From Chrysomallon squamiferum (Eukaryota > Animalia > Mollusca), in the NCBI GenBank assembly GCA_012295275.1, contig CM022668.1:8866001-8930000 (forward strand): 64,000 bases of DNA, read 5' to 3'. Position 1 is the first letter of the stretch; the number at the start of each line of letters is the position of its first letter. Below are positions 13,303 to 35,117 of this stretch, piece by piece. The notes below the pieces were generated by a model. That model did not search any database, had not been told where the DNA came from, and saw only the letters and a list, made by a program, of their open reading frames with translations. The translations under genes were made by a program, and so were the position numbers.

Positions 13303-16300
13303 GTATATGTATATAGTTGCCCATTTATTAAAAGTTTTTATGAGTTCCTTATTTCAGTTATAAAACTAGGCATTTTTAAATTAAAAAAACAAAAATGAAG
13401 AAGAAAAAAACTTGGTGCCTTACAACTATATGAAGAAAAGTGTAGCTACATAATCATATGGAAGAAAACCATTCAGTCTTTTTCATCTTTCTTTCTTTTC
13501 TTTTTTTTTTTTTTTTTTTTTTATTTGATTTCTTATTTTATTTCAGGGCAAAACCCCCTATCTGGACACTATAAGAAAATACCTGGAACTTCACAGCACT
13601 GTATACACTAGCAAATCAGAGAAATCTGCATTGCCCAGCTACGTCATTAACCACGGTTTGCTCAATGGGAAAGATCTGCACACGTTGCTACGAGAATCAA
13701 AGGTATTACATTACTTTTATATTTTTACTCACTGCAGAAAAATACATTTATTTGTTTTCCTCTCTGCTAGTTTCCTCTCTCTATTGTTAAATATAGACAG
13801 AATAAAGATTTGTTTTATATGACATACTAAACACCTTCTTTAATCTACACAGTAATAATTTACATTTTAAAGTTATTTTTTTGATCCATAACTATCTAAT
13901 GTTTTATATAATATTAAGGATCACATTAAAGATAGAATAAAGAAATGTTTTATTTGAACACTAAATACATTTTTTAATCTATAAACAAATAATTTATGTT
14001 TTAATGTTATTGTTTAATCTATGCCTATCTAATGTTTTACATGTTAAGGATCACATTATAAAGATATGTTTTATTTGACACACTAAATACATTTCTTAAT
14101 CTATGCCTATCAGATGTTTTACATAATGTTAAAGACCATCAGATGAGAGCAACTATGCTGTTGTTTCATGTTGTTAGCAGTTGTGATTTTATTTCCTTAT
14201 CCAACCAACATTTTCTGCTTTTAAATATATTTCTAATACTTTCAGGTTTTTGTTGGCCTGGGTTTTCCCTACGAAGGCCCAGCACCTTTAGAAGCCATTG
14301 CAAATGGAGCTGTATTTATAAATCCAAAATTCAATCCACCACACAGCAGCAGAAACACTGCCTTCTTTAAAGGAAAGCCAACACAAAGGGAGGTAAATTG
14401 ATATATGGAGATTATTTGAGAACTGCAACAGAAAATTAAATGCACAGAAATCATTATTAATTTCAGTAAAATTTAAATTATGAATATTTAAGAAAAAAAT
14501 TTCAGTGAAACAAATAAACTTTATGTTTGTATCAGACAAAATAATTACAACACTGGAACATAAAAAAGTTTAAGACTGTTAGGAGTCGTGATGATTTGTT
14601 TATTTTTTTTTTTTTTTCTGTTTCTAACAGTCTCTTCTATACAGTTTTTATAAGCTTTAATTTAAATTTTGTTATAAGATGTTACAGTATGTAAATTAAG
14701 TCCTTTTGTATCTAATATTTCAATTCCAAATCATGGAATTCCAAATCAAGGCATTATTATTATTATAATTTCTTTTACAGTATATGCATTTGTAGAATTG
14801 TGGCAACCTGAATAATACAAATAAAAATTTTAAATTAATAGTTCATGTTTTGATATATATATATATATATTACATATGATTTAGCAAATAACTTAACTTT
14901 TATAATTTTCATTCTTATTTCAGCTCACTAGCCAACATCCATATGCAGAAATGTTTATCGGTCCTCCTCATGTACATACAGTTGACATTAATGATTCCGA
15001 AGCTGTAGCAAAATTATTGGAGGAAATTTTAAACAATAATACAGTTAGTTAATTTGATTTCTTTTTTTTTTTTTTTTTTCTTTTTGTTTTTAAACTTTCC
15101 GATACTTCTGAACAATAGATATATTTCTTAAATTTTAAGCTTGCAGAAACTTGAAGACATTTTTAGAAAATATAATTATTATCATTTTTTTTTTTTTTTT
15201 TTTTTTTGGCAGGGCTTTGTTTGTATTTGGCAGATGCAGTGAGATTTAATTTGGAAAAAAAAAATGTCTTTAGTAAACACTTAACAATTATTTTTGTTGA
15301 CTGCTCTCAATCTCATACCGTAACCAGTTAATCAAATCTGTATCAAGGTAATAGATAGTACCCAAGCACTGAGCAGAGTATGATACGATATACCAGAATT
15401 GCTTTTATGTATCATGACTGTTTCCAATTTTAGGACAGTGGTTGTATAAATGTATTTCTGTAAAATATAAATTTTCTTATTAGCTGTCTTTACATTCAGT
15501 CATATTTTTGATACAGTTTATTCTGTGTCTACTAACTATTCACGATCGCATTTGCACTTGGCATTTACTTATATTTTTGTACAATGGCTGTATAAATATA
15601 ATTCTCTGAAACAGTAAATGTTACTCTTACCTATCTTTATCACAGTTTACACCATATCTCCCATTTGAATACACTGAAGAGGGAATGCTACAAAGGATGA
15701 ATGCTTACATAGAGCATCAGGAATTCTGCCTCTTTGAAAAAAGAGTTTCAAAATGGCCGCCTCCTAGTGCAGTGACAACATTTTTGGGACCTCCTGGTTT
15801 GTCGTGTAGTGAGGTTTGCTGGAGCCATAGTAAGTATATTTTATTAATCAAAATTGAAGTACAAATATTTGGAAATCTATATATATATATATAAATTGGT
15901 AAATCTAATATTCATATACATTTGGTTCTATTATTATTATTATTATTATTGTTATTTTGTTAATTATTATTAAATTTTCTGATTTATTTTATGTTCAACA
16001 TGACATGCACATGTGATCGTACTAATTAGACAATTTATTTATTTTTATTTTTATTTTTATTTTTTTTTAAATTTTTCCAGATCTCATTTGTGAACCAACA
16101 CATTTCATGGAGTTAAATTCATTCCAACAGATTGAAAGCCACGCAGTCCAATGTGCTAAGAAACTGACTCAAATCAACATTTTCTTTCCCTCCTTCAATG
16201 TGAATACAAAAGAGTGCATCCTTCAAGGGGAAGAACTCTTATATAGCTGTGTGGGAAAGACATCCTACCTCAGGAGGGTCTGTCCATGCAGAGACTACAT

Positions 16301-16340
16301 CGTTGGTCAGATTGCATTATGCCGTGGTTGTGAAAGATGA
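7504..16340 (+). CDS. MGAT5: Alpha-1,6-mannosylglycoprotein 6-beta-N-acetylglucosaminyltransferase (GnT-V, GT18), ~752-756 aa, 16 coding exons
   Basis: Exons: 7504-7671, 8178-8277, 8600-8761, 9295-9377, 9511-9675, 10077-10247, 10501-10567, 10872-10974, 11120-11251, 11857(or 11845)-11978, 12746-12864, 13547-13702, 14246-14392, 14924-15043, 15646-15829, 16081-16340. Phases are consistent and introns are GT-AG. Type II N-terminal TM. Diagnostic motifs: VDGPYAG..TAYDLKKT, DPCYASYGVDG, GGPLGELVQWSDL, DSFGTEP, MFPHSPDNSFMGFVVE, VGLGFPYEGPAPLEAIANG, LTSQHPYAE, C-terminal RRVCPCRDY..GQIALC. Confidence 0.96.
13800..14135. repeat. Degenerate intronic tandem repeat (~130 bp, 2-3 copies)
   Basis: Recurring TAAAGA..TGTTTTATTTGA..ACTAAATACAT..TTAATCTA and CTATCTAATGTTTTA..TTAAGGATCACATTA. 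Confidence 0.7.
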
Positions 16341-16499
16341 TAGCTTCTTCATACTATCTGAAATCTGTCTGGTAATTCAGCTTAAAACTGATTAAGTTAT
16401 TATGAATATTTCCAAAAGTTCAAACTTCTTAAAAATAATAAACTTTGATAACAAAATAATACATCTGCATGAATGAAGGATGCTGACATTTTTTTTTTT

Positions 16500-16538
<39 letters not shown>

Positions 16539-17053
16539 TTTTTATTATATATGTTTTTGGGGGGATATCAAACATAAGTGGGTACAAAAGTTCATTATAG
16601 ACTGAAAATAACTGTTTTTTTAATGATTAACTCAGTCTGAAAGTTTATTTTTACTTGGCTGCTTACAAAATGACATGATAAAAACAAAAATGTCAGGCTT
16701 CATGTATATCATGAACTTGTTATTTGTTATAATTTGTTTTTATAAAAGGAAATTGCCCACCAGAAATAATAAATTAATTCAGATGAATACAAAATGTACT
16801 TACAACATTTCTTAATACTGTTATAAGCACATTTTGCAATTTACATGATATTCTATTTCTGTTTTAATGTTTTTAATTTTATTATTTTTAATAATGGTCA
16901 GTACTGCAATACCAAATGATCTTGCTGAAAAATATACGCATTTAAAGGTTTTCAGCATCAGTGAAAAAAGATGAATATTACTGTCTTTGATTTTTGATTG
17001 TTATTACAGTACCTTGTTTTTTTATTTTTTTTATTATTATTATTATTACAGTA

Positions 17054-17086
<33 letters not shown>

Positions 17087-20000
17087 CTCCATTTGATTCA
17101 TTTATCTATAATCAGTATTATTGTTGTTTGTGTTATTGGGTTTCCATTTATGTTGCTTTATTTTATAACAGAGATCATTGGAAAACTACCGCAACATTTC
17201 ATCACTTAAAAAATTTAATATAATCATAGTAAAATTATTTTATTCTTATGCTCAATCTTGTCTGTTAAAATTTTATGAGAAATTTTAATCATTTTTGTAC
17301 AGTAGTTAGTTATATAAATAATTTAGCTTTATTATTTACTCAGGAATCATTATTCTGCCAGTAAACATGTTCAGAACAATAAACAAGCATGGCCATTATT
17401 TTATCATTTGCAATATGTTAAATATGATTGCTTTTTTTTTTTTTTTTTCTAAATTATTATTAATCTACCAGACAGATTATTTTTGTTAAACTTGATGTGA
17501 TAAAGAGAGCATATGTTAAATCTTTTTTCTTTTTTCTTTTTTTTTTTTGAGTTGTATGTTGTTATTTTGTTTGTTATTGTTTGGTGTTGGATTTCTGTCT
17601 AATAATAATCAAAGTGAGTATTCCAAAGTAAGTTAAAGTCACCTGTCCAATTACTGTGATGTTTCTTCTGTCCAAATCGATAAATAAAAGTCATGGCTAT
17701 ACTGATTTGAACTGAGATAATCAAATTACTGTTTTTTAAAAATGATACAGTGACATCAAACCAGCTGATTTATTTCAGCCACTTTTTATTAGCAATTAAA
17801 TAAATATTTTTAGAAAGCTAAGCAAAACAAATGATGAAATAATTGTTTAATAAAACCCATTAGTCTTATTTGTATTGTATTAGGTTATTTGTGTTGTAAA
17901 AACAAAGATTTTATAAGCAAATATGTTCTTACACCCACAGCGTTCTTTATATTTTATAGAAATATTTTGATCATGTATTTAATCAAACTTTGATTTAATT
18001 TACTTGTACGTATTATAATATTGTATGTATATATCATTCGCAGTGTGCACGTGTCTGTCAAATCACCTTTAATTAGTTTAAAATGTGTAACATAAAATGT
18101 ATATTAATATATTTAGAGCACTCTTCAGTGAAATTATTCACTTATATTTTCTTATTTTTGTTCACAGTATATAAAATGTATTTAGTTGGAAACATAAAAC
18201 ACAAAGGAAAGCAATATTATTAATAGATGCATTTACATCTTACATGATTTTTATGTATCTTGGTGCAAAGGTAAAACATTTCATTATTTTGGTATTTTAG
18301 AAAACAAATTATTTAACAAAGAACACTTCACAAGCTTGACAAGGAAAAAATAAAAATTAAGATTGTTTAGCTTTCAATTCATTCAGTAATATATGTATAT
18401 TTATATTTATATATATATATACAGAAACTTATACAAATTTTCTACAGTTGTGAAAGTTTTGAAAAGAAAAATATTTAGCAACTTTAGTTTGCTGTATAGT
18501 TTTAATTCAGTTCAAAACATGTTTTCATAAAATGTTTGTTTTATATCCATTTTCCTAGTCGTATATATATATATATATATGGAGGATAGGTATTTTCGTA
18601 CGTTGTTTCTCTGCATTTATGGTTATGTTCACTGATAGATGTCTTTATATATGCATCATCAGCTGTTCTCTGAAGTGCAAATATTTATGTTTTTGCCAAT
18701 AAGTAAATTAACTTTGGTGTTTTGTTATTATTGTTATTTTAATGGCATGATAAATGCCATGTATAATATGTCTTTCACAAATCGGAGATTAAAATACATT
18801 GAAGGAAAATGAAAAAAGAAAAATATAGCAGAAATACATGGGTGTGTATTGAAGTTCAGAAGACGAGAAAATGTCTGTCTCCAATAGAGAAATTATAATA
18901 ATAGTAATACTGAAAAGGTTCAGTTCACTTTCAATGAAAAAAAAAAAAAAGAATAAAAGATACACCCTTAATAAATAGCCTATTTAAATGTTTTTGGGAT
19001 ATCACTAGTCAATCCACAATTTTTTTTTTTTTTTTTTTTCTTTAATTTTATGAAATAAAGAATACAAATGAAATTTGTGTTGGTTTTATATATATTTAAA
19101 AGTAAAGAAAAAGATACATATTTACTGATGAAGTGATGATCACATTATTAATGTATCCTTTAGGTTTTATTTATCAACAGTCCTAGTATTAATTTAACTA
19201 TTGGAAAGGTATATAATAATAATATTAATATTGCTTCTAAGAAAGTTGTCAGCAGTACTGTCAACAGCAAGTGAACTCACACATGCTAAATTAATTCATT
19301 TACCTAAATCTGCTAAAATTAAAATTAAATTTATTGAAATTTAATTTAATAAATATTTATTATCAATTATTATAATTATTATAATTACTATTATATTAGT
19401 TTATCATCATCATCATCATCATCATTATTATTATTATTATTTCTAGTTATTGCACATAATGATTTTTTTTATATATATATCATTCCCATGCATTGCAGGA
19501 GTCAGGTTAGGATTGTGCTGTTTAGAAGTTAGTTATGAACAAGGTATGTGGTTTTGTGCAGTTGTTGATTAATTAAAACAATTATAATGTCTGCGAAAAA
19601 AAACAGAATTTTATAAATAATATTCAGAATTAAGCAAACTGAAAAACTAACTATAGCAATAAAGTTAATGCATATTAAGACTTGAACTTTGTTATGAATC
19701 ATGACCTGTTGGAAGCAAGGGAAATAAAAAAAAATAAAAATAAAAAAATATAATAATAATTATCTCTATAAATTTATTTATTCTGTCAGCACTAGTTCAA
19801 GAATAAATATTTATATTTTTAAATATCAGAGGCTGAATTTACTCGCCAATTATTAGCGTCCGTACTTTAGCCTAACGTTTAGGGGTACAAAGGCATCACT
19901 AATTATTATTTCTATTTTATTTCCCCACTGTATGATGTCAAGATATGCCTAAAATTCGTCATTTATATCAGTATTTCTAAACCTACATTAATGCACAATA

Positions 20001-20682
20001 GCGAAAGAGTTAAAAATTAATCTGCTGACGAAAAATATTCCAACAACTTCATGGCAATGCTTTGGTCTAAATTTCAGTATTTTCGTGAAATTTAAGCAAA
20101 TGTAATGTTTTATATAAAATAAATAACTTACCCTGAATAACTTCAGATCTGTCTGCGGTGAAACTGGTTATGTGAGTAATTGAACTTGTTGCATGATGTT
20201 GTAATAATAGTTTTTGACAGAAGTCGTAATCAAATGTACCTCGCATGTAACTTCTAGCGGGAATAGATCACGTTACAACGTTAACCAGTCAGTGATCCGA
20301 ACACGACTATGTACGAATACCAACGAACGAGGTTTTCATATACGATTACAATATCAAACTTTATATTCATCGTTTCTAGGATTAAAAAAAAAGAAGAAGA
20401 AAAATTACTCAATTTCATTATTCATAAAAGAAGAGAAAAAAAGGTTTGAAATTGCGAAATCTACCATCATAACTACGCAAATGCATGAATATTATTTATT
20501 TATTTACAGTGACTGGCGATGTATCAATTTAAAAATATATACACAAGCATATAATCTTTTTTTTTTTTTTTTCTTCTAGAAAATCCATTCTTATGTGTAC
20601 GCAGTAGGGACTTCGAAATGAGCTAAAAATAAAATTATCTTCGTGAACAAGAAGGGATTCTGAATCTATCCTTTGCCTAGGC

Positions 20683-20747
<65 letters not shown>

Positions 20748-20948
20748 CAAACAAATAAATAAGGCAACAAACACTACAGAAATAATAACGAAAAAACGGA
20801 TTGAAAAAAATATAAATTTAATTAAAAAACATTAGCAAACAGTGTTAAATTTCAAGAATTATAAAACTTCGAATGAAAACAATAAAAGAAAACAATTAAA
20901 AAAACATTTGTTTTTGAATCTCCGTTCGAATAAAATTGGAGGTATAAA

Positions 20949-21009
<61 letters not shown>

Positions 21010-21062
21010 TTTAAAAAACACCCCAAAACCCACAACAACAACTGTTGCCTGGTATATTTACT

Positions 21063-22923
21063 TCATAAGGATTCTTTCAAAGTCTGTTTTATTTCTGAGA
21101 TGTAAAAACCCGCCTCCAGTAAAAGTGCTTTTACATAAATCCTTATTATATAAAATACTGTTACGAAGTCCTGAGTGCTGAAGAAAGAATCGGAAAGTGC
21201 AAATCCGAGCGTTGACGGAATGAATCCTCGGCCGTATTCGACCATCCACGTACCATGGGTCCACGAAACGGCAGTTACTTCGCCCCAGTCGTGAAAAACA
21301 GTATCACCTTGGGATAAAAATGATAACAAATAAGGTGGATCAAAATGAGACACGTTATGTTTCAGTTTTCTCAACATTCATAAGACTCAATGAAAGACGA
21401 AGCAAGACAGTGTATGAGAATGAGAGAGAGACAGAGGCAGACACGCACAGAGAATGAGAGCTTTGCGAAATTAAACAATTATCTCACTGTTGTATATTAA
21501 TCGCGAATGATAGCCTTTCATATTATTTTAATAAACTGTCTTTTCCTCTATTTCATTTTATTTCATTTTATTTTATTTTATTTTATTTTATTCTATTCTA
21601 TTCTATTCTATTCTATTCTATTTTTTATCTCATTTATTTTTAATTATGTTTTATTATTATTATTATTATTTGTTTCTTTCTTTCTTTCTTTGGTTGGTTG
21701 CCGTTCAATCAGTATTTAAAATTAAATCCGCGTTTCATACCTGGCCCAAACACGTAACTTTTGAGCGAGCCTTCCCGCCACTGGCGGAATGACCCAGTCA
21801 GAATAGTATCAGAAACGTTAGCAAAGTAGCGACCTGCAACAAAAGTAATATAGTTAGCTATCTCTTAAATGACATCAACAGTAACAGTGACATTAACAAC
21901 AACAATGGTAATAACAGAAGTAATAGCAATGTTAGTAACAGTAGTGCCAATAAATCTGCTTTAAATTAATAATAGGTTAATTACAATAACTACGCTTATG
22001 AATGAATGAAATGAATACAAAATCTGTTACTAATATTTACTAAATAGCTTCCCCCATTCTTTGGTCTACTCTTATCAAACAACATAAAGCAATCCTTCAC
22101 ATCAAAGAAAAATAATAACAACTTTCGTTTTATCAGCCGTAGGCCATTAATTGTTTTTAAAAAAAAGAAAAAAAAGAAAGCCAGTGACGGATATAATGAA
22201 CTGATAATGTGCGGCGGCTCTAACCACTGGGTACCAGTCTAACGGGATATCTGAGGACTGTATTGAAGAATATTTACCTGAATGTCCGGATGTGTCGACA
22301 GCTGTTCCAAAAAACAAAACGTATTCGGTAAGCGATGCGTGGATAATACACATAGCGCCCATCCAGCCACCAGCATTCATAAAAATCCACTGCAAACTAT
22401 TCTTGTCTAAAATATGGCCAGGATATTTGAAATAAAATTCTTTATGAATTTCACTGAAGGATATGGCAGGATCTTCGCCTAAAAACAAAACATATGTTGA
22501 GGAATATAGAACAACATGGTTTATTTAACAAAACACTCAATAGATTTTATATCTCCTCGGACATAATTATGGTGAAAGACAATTCATGTAACGAGATAAA
22601 AAAAAAAAAAAAACCTCCACATGGCCACGTCGTGAGTTACTCTTTTCTGTTGACTCCAAGAGATCTTTTATATGCACTATACTTTACATTACATAAAATA
22701 TCACAAATAACTCAGTACTACACGAGTGGTCGATCCGATGATCCTGTGCATGCTAGTTGGATGAGGATATAACATGACGGACGCACCTAAGAAATCTGTT
22801 TAGGTTCCATTTTAGTCATTTTTACGAAGCATTTCTTAAAGAGTCTTGACAAATAGTTTGTAAAATCAGTTAAATTGTCATTATTATTATCGTTATTATT
22901 TTCTCCATTTTTTTTTTAACTGT

Positions 22924-23005
<82 letters not shown>

Positions 23006-23589
23006 TCTTTTGACAAACAATAACCATAACATTTTATTCAAATACTCAAAAAAGAACCGTACATATATTTTGTCCGTCCCGAATGAATTAAATACAGTCC
23101 GTCCACTTTAATTTCACTTTATTACTGATGAACAGTGTTTACTAATAATAACATACGACCATAAAATAAAGTTAGCGAATGTAGATGGATTACTATCATT
23201 TTACGTTATTTTCGTTTCTTTTTCTTCATAATCATTATTATTATTATTATTAAATATATTTTTCCAAAAGTTCTAGTATTTAAATGTAAAGTTTATTTAG
23301 TAATGATCTAATAACAAAAATGTATGGGGTAATATTAAAACCAGATATCCCTTTTAGTTTAACAGTGTTACGAGTTTATTTTGAACTGAACCTTAATGGA
23401 TGACCTTAATTCGGTCTCACGCCAGGTTCTAGTTACATGATCATTTAACCTACCAACATATCTGTTTGCAATTGCTGCTACGCTGTCGGCAGAAAACAAA
23501 TAAGATTTTCTTTCAAGCCAGTACTGTATACAAAATATACTGAATGAAATAAACAAAATCCATTTTACTATCCTCCGAAATAATGCCAT
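21063..23589 (-). CDS. SIGMAR1: Sigma non-opioid intracellular receptor 1 (ERG2/sigma-1 family), 224 aa, 4 exons
   Basis: Exons (minus): 23589-23454, 22478-22278, 21833-21741, 21307-21063, totalling 675 nt in frame with GT-AG introns. N-terminal TM plus motifs [61 protein letters not shown]. Confidence 0.96.
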
Positions 23590-23985
23590 GGTAATTCAAA
23601 TTGTTCCTGATCACAAGCGAACGCGAGTTACAACGATATATACCGACAATTGCCGAATGATTGTTACAGTAAAATGGTCTTAAAAGAACAGTTTTCGATG
23701 CATGTTTATGGAAGTGTGAACAGTTTTCGATGGATTTTATAGAAGTTTGAACTAAAAGTAAATGTTTAATTAATTGCAGCTATCGTTTAATAATATTTTA
23801 CTCTTCTGCATTTGATTTCCTCCACCCTAAATATTTTGTTTACATTTTATTGATAGAAAATTGTTATTGGTTTACAATAATGGCGAAAAACATTTCCGGA
23901 TCCAGTGAATAATTTATCGACAGTAAAATTGTTTTCAGGATATGTTTATTGCGCAAGTTGTCTCATTTACACAGTTTATCTGTCG
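23590..23985. promoter_or_regulatory. Probable bidirectional promoter plus non-coding first exon of the SPFH gene
   Basis: SIGMAR1 ATG at 23589 (-). Strong + strand donor TCG|GTAAGT at 23985/23986. YY1-like AATGGCG (23879-23885) and ETS-like TTCCGG (23895-23900). A 32-bp tandem duplication GAACAGTTTTCGATG... at 23686-23752. CpG-retaining sequence. Confidence 0.5.
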
Positions 23986-24537
23986 GTAAGTAAAAATATT
24001 TGTGAGCTTTTACTTCTTTTCTTTTTTCTTTTATATTTTTATCTTATTACTTATTACTATATAATAATATTAGGTTATTTATCCGATATATCCATTTGAC
24101 AAATAACATGAAAACACACTAATCGTAGTTTATACAAGTTATAGTTAGTTATACTATACTAATAATGCTGTACACCGTATTATACAGTTTATTATATATT
24201 TTTTAATTTATTATTATAGTTGACACATTGAACTAATTTTAGAAGATTAGATTTATTAATTTACTGTTTTATTTTATTTCTTTCGATTTTTTTGTTTTTC
24301 ACGTTAAACTACAATTATACAACTACGGTCACCATCGTATTAGTAAACGATAGATGAATGGTATTAATGTTGCGCAAATAACTAATCTTGATTAACTTTG
24401 TATCAGATATAAGCAGGATTCATGCAGTTATATCAATTGCAACATATCCTGTTTCTCATAATAAATCCTAAGTTCTATCAGTATTACTATTAGATATATG
24501 TATTTTATTTATTTTATTTTATTTCATTTTTTTGTTT

Positions 24538-24587
<50 letters not shown>

Positions 24588-25473
24588 TGTTTATTCGTAA
24601 TATGCATTAACAAATAATTCCAACAAATTTCAGTTTTTTCATAATTATGTAATTGGCAAGGCTTGTAGCAACTTCATTTGAGCTAAGATACTAAATATGA
24701 TTGTGAACAGCATGTAAAAGAAAGCATAATTATCAAGTTTAAAAAAAATATTATTTGAATTTACATCGTTTTATTCTACACATAACACTATAACCAAGGT
24801 TTCACTGAATAAAGCAAATGATTTTCATTGTTTAAAGCAGGCATGTACAAAAATGTTTACAATAGTTTCAATGTTTTTTTGTTTTTTTTGGTCAGATTAC
24901 TTCACTACTTTGTATTCGTGAATGCTGCTAAATTGCTAAAACATTTGTATGCACATCTATACTATAGATTAAGCATTGTGCAAAGGCAATAAATATAAAC
25001 TGATTATAATAAACTTTTTTGTTTCTTAGTTCTGTTGGTGTGGCCCCAAACATACTCAAATTTTCTTATGCAGCAATACTAGATAAGACTTGGGTTTGAC
25101 ACTTCTGGTTTGAAGCACAAATTTCTATATTGTCCATAAAAAGCAAGCTCAACTTTGGAAAAAAAATAATTAATAAATAAATACTTACATAAATAACCAC
25201 AGTAGTGGTATTTAGTGGCATTTCAAAGGCTGGATGAGAAGATGAGTTGTTAAATTAAGTGTATTCGAGTGTAACCATAGGGTCATCCAACAAAATCACT
25301 AAGCAGGTGTTCCAGTGATGTTCAGTTAGTGATAGTCAACCTGTATTATTGTTGTTGGTGGTGTCATCCTTGTTGTTGTCACTGCTGCTGTTGTTGTTGT
25401 TATTATTATTATTATTATTATTAGTCCAGATAGGATACTTGGAAGTCTTTTGGCATAAACTGAGTGAAACAAT

Positions 25474-32628
<7,155 letters not shown>

Positions 32629-34296
32629 AAATAGTTTATACAGTTTTGGTATTGAAAGGTGTGCCTGTATCTGTGCTGTGTGTGTGTTATGTGTTTTTTT
32701 TGTGTGTATGTGTGACTATGTATCTGTTCATTGTGTGTGTTTAAATGTGTGTGAGTTCTATGCATCTGTGAGTAAGGGTTTGTGCATGTGTGTGAGTTAT
32801 GAGACAGACATTAGAAAGTAGCAGTCTAGCATATCATTGTCAGACTAAAATGTATGTGGATATGTGTATTTCTGGATGTACATGTCTGTGCATGCAAATG
32901 TGATCTGTCATTTCAAACCACTTCTTAAACTGCATGGCCAAATATTCAGCTTTAGCCAATAATAGTGAATGGTAGAAAATCACTTTTGATACTTTGTTAA
33001 AAATGTTTTTTTTATATATATGTGTCTGTGTGTGACATCCAGCAATGAAATTGATAGATATTAATCCAAAAGAGTCTTTTAGAGCACTTTTATTTGTTTG
33101 TTTTCTCATTTTTTCCTGAGAAAAAAATTTCACCAGTGTTTACCAACTGTCAGTGTTCCTGGGGAAATGAATCAAAATGACACTGATGGAGTCAGCCAGA
33201 ATGAGACTTAAGATCTGTTTTGATGTGATGGGTCACAAATGTGTAGTTTCTGTGCATATGTGTGGTGTGGGTTGTCTGTGAGAGAAGAGGAGGTTAGAAG
33301 TGTTTCACAGGTAAGCATGAAGATTGGATGAGAAAGTGAGACAGAGGCTGATAGTTAAAAAAAAAGTATTAATTAACGAAGTGAATCTGAAAGATTACAT
33401 GGCACACCAACAGAAAATTAACAGAAAAGCAAGAAGACAACACCAATTTTAAGAGGCATGAATGAAGAAAAGTCATTTTTAATTTCTTAGAATTTTTGAA
33501 ACTTTTTAAAAACATTATTTCTGTACAGAATATACCATATTTGTAACAGTTTTTGTTACAGTTGTCTGTTGTATTTGTTACTAAAAATATCTATTTTTAA
33601 ATAACTTTGCTTATTCTTACACTCAGGAATCACTGACCAGTTTTTGGTTTCAATTATTATACTGTCAACTGGTAAAAATATAAGAAAGGATTAATGAAAT
33701 AATAAATACAACAATAATAATAAAAATAAAAGTAATGAAGACAAACTGTAAGCTTCTACACTAAGATAGAATATATAATGATTCTTTTTCTTCTTCTCTG
33801 TAATAATAAAATAAAAACGTTCTACGACGGAAAACAGCTTATTAAGGTCAAAAAGTCTTCATTTCCCAAGTCATCAAGGGAAGTAATTCTGTGAAGTTGA
33901 CACACACACAAAAACAAACGCACACAGTATTAATTATTCGTGTCTCATGAAACATCTAGGATTCCTTGAACAATACTGTTAATTAAATCTGTAAAATGAT
34001 ATGCAAATAATTTATATTTGAATTTTGTTTTTCTAGGATAATTTCCTTTACTTTTTTAATTTATATATGTATATATATATTTTTTTCCATTATAATTCAA
34101 GATTATAAATTTCACATGATTTTTATATTCTCTTTACAAAATAAAGCTTTTTTGTTGTTGTTAAAAATAGATCTGTTCTATTAAGTACATGTTATCTGTT
34201 ATGTACAAACTTTGTATCATAATAAATTTTATATAAGTATAATTATAATGTTGGTTTTGTTTGTGTGTGTGTGAGTGTGTGCCTATATATATATAT

Positions 34297-35117
34297 GAGA
34301 TTTTCCATTTAACTTTAGTCTTTATCACAGAAATGACAGTACACCATGGCCAAGTTATCAACTGAATCACAGATGTGCTCGTGATAGTCATTGGCTGTAC
34401 CTCCAGGTAACTGATCGGCAGCAACAACATAGCAGTCAGCATGGGTGGTGATTTGTATGCTGTTTAAATGAACGCCTTCTTGTGTAGTGGCATCGAAGCC
34501 AAGAGTTGAGTCCTTGTTGTCTAAAATAGCTTCTGCAGTTTGAAGATCACTTATTGCCCCAAGTTCTCTTACCATTGCTTCTACTGTAGTCCTACGTGGA
34601 ACAACAGTTAGGGTTGTTCCAGAGTGAAGGCCAAACTTTCCAATCAGTGATGGTATGTTGTCCATTGGTACTTGAGCAACAACAGCATCGAAAACTTTCA
34701 TTCTCATTTCAGGAGAATAAGACCTCCCATCGGACTTGGTTTGTTCATCAAAACTCTCCAGCTCTTTTACCCCATCTTCTAGCATTAGTTTGTCATCTTT
34801 GAGCTGGAGGATTTCCTCCTCCCATTCTGCCAGTTTCCTTTCCAGTGCTTACACTCTTTCATCACCAGTCTGGGATGGAAATATGTAGTTCTCTTCATTT
34901 TATGGTTTTCTTAATTTTATCTTCGAGAGCAGAATAGTCCAACTCCGAATTTACTTTAGATAATTGCATTTCTTTTCTCTTGATTTTTTTTTTTTTTAGT
35001 CTCTTTACTGATTAAGACCTTCTCTGTTTGCGCTTGGCCACCATATTCCTTAGCTTAATCCAATTATGACGTTTTTAGAGGACAGTTCGAAATTTTTTCT
35101 CGTATTGAACACGTTAA
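34297..35117 (-). pseudogene. Decayed DDE DNA transposase fragment (hAT-like RNase H core start plus upstream coiled coil)
   Basis: ORF 34315-34785 contains YSPEMRMKVF..QVP..IP..VP.RTTV..M.RELG and TLGFDATTQEG, which resembles the first catalytic Asp strand of hAT-like transposases. Upstream frames with stops and frameshifts give K/E-rich coiled-coil peptides (LERKLAEWEEEILQLKDDK). The 3' end is truncated at a (TA)n tract. Confidence 0.65.
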
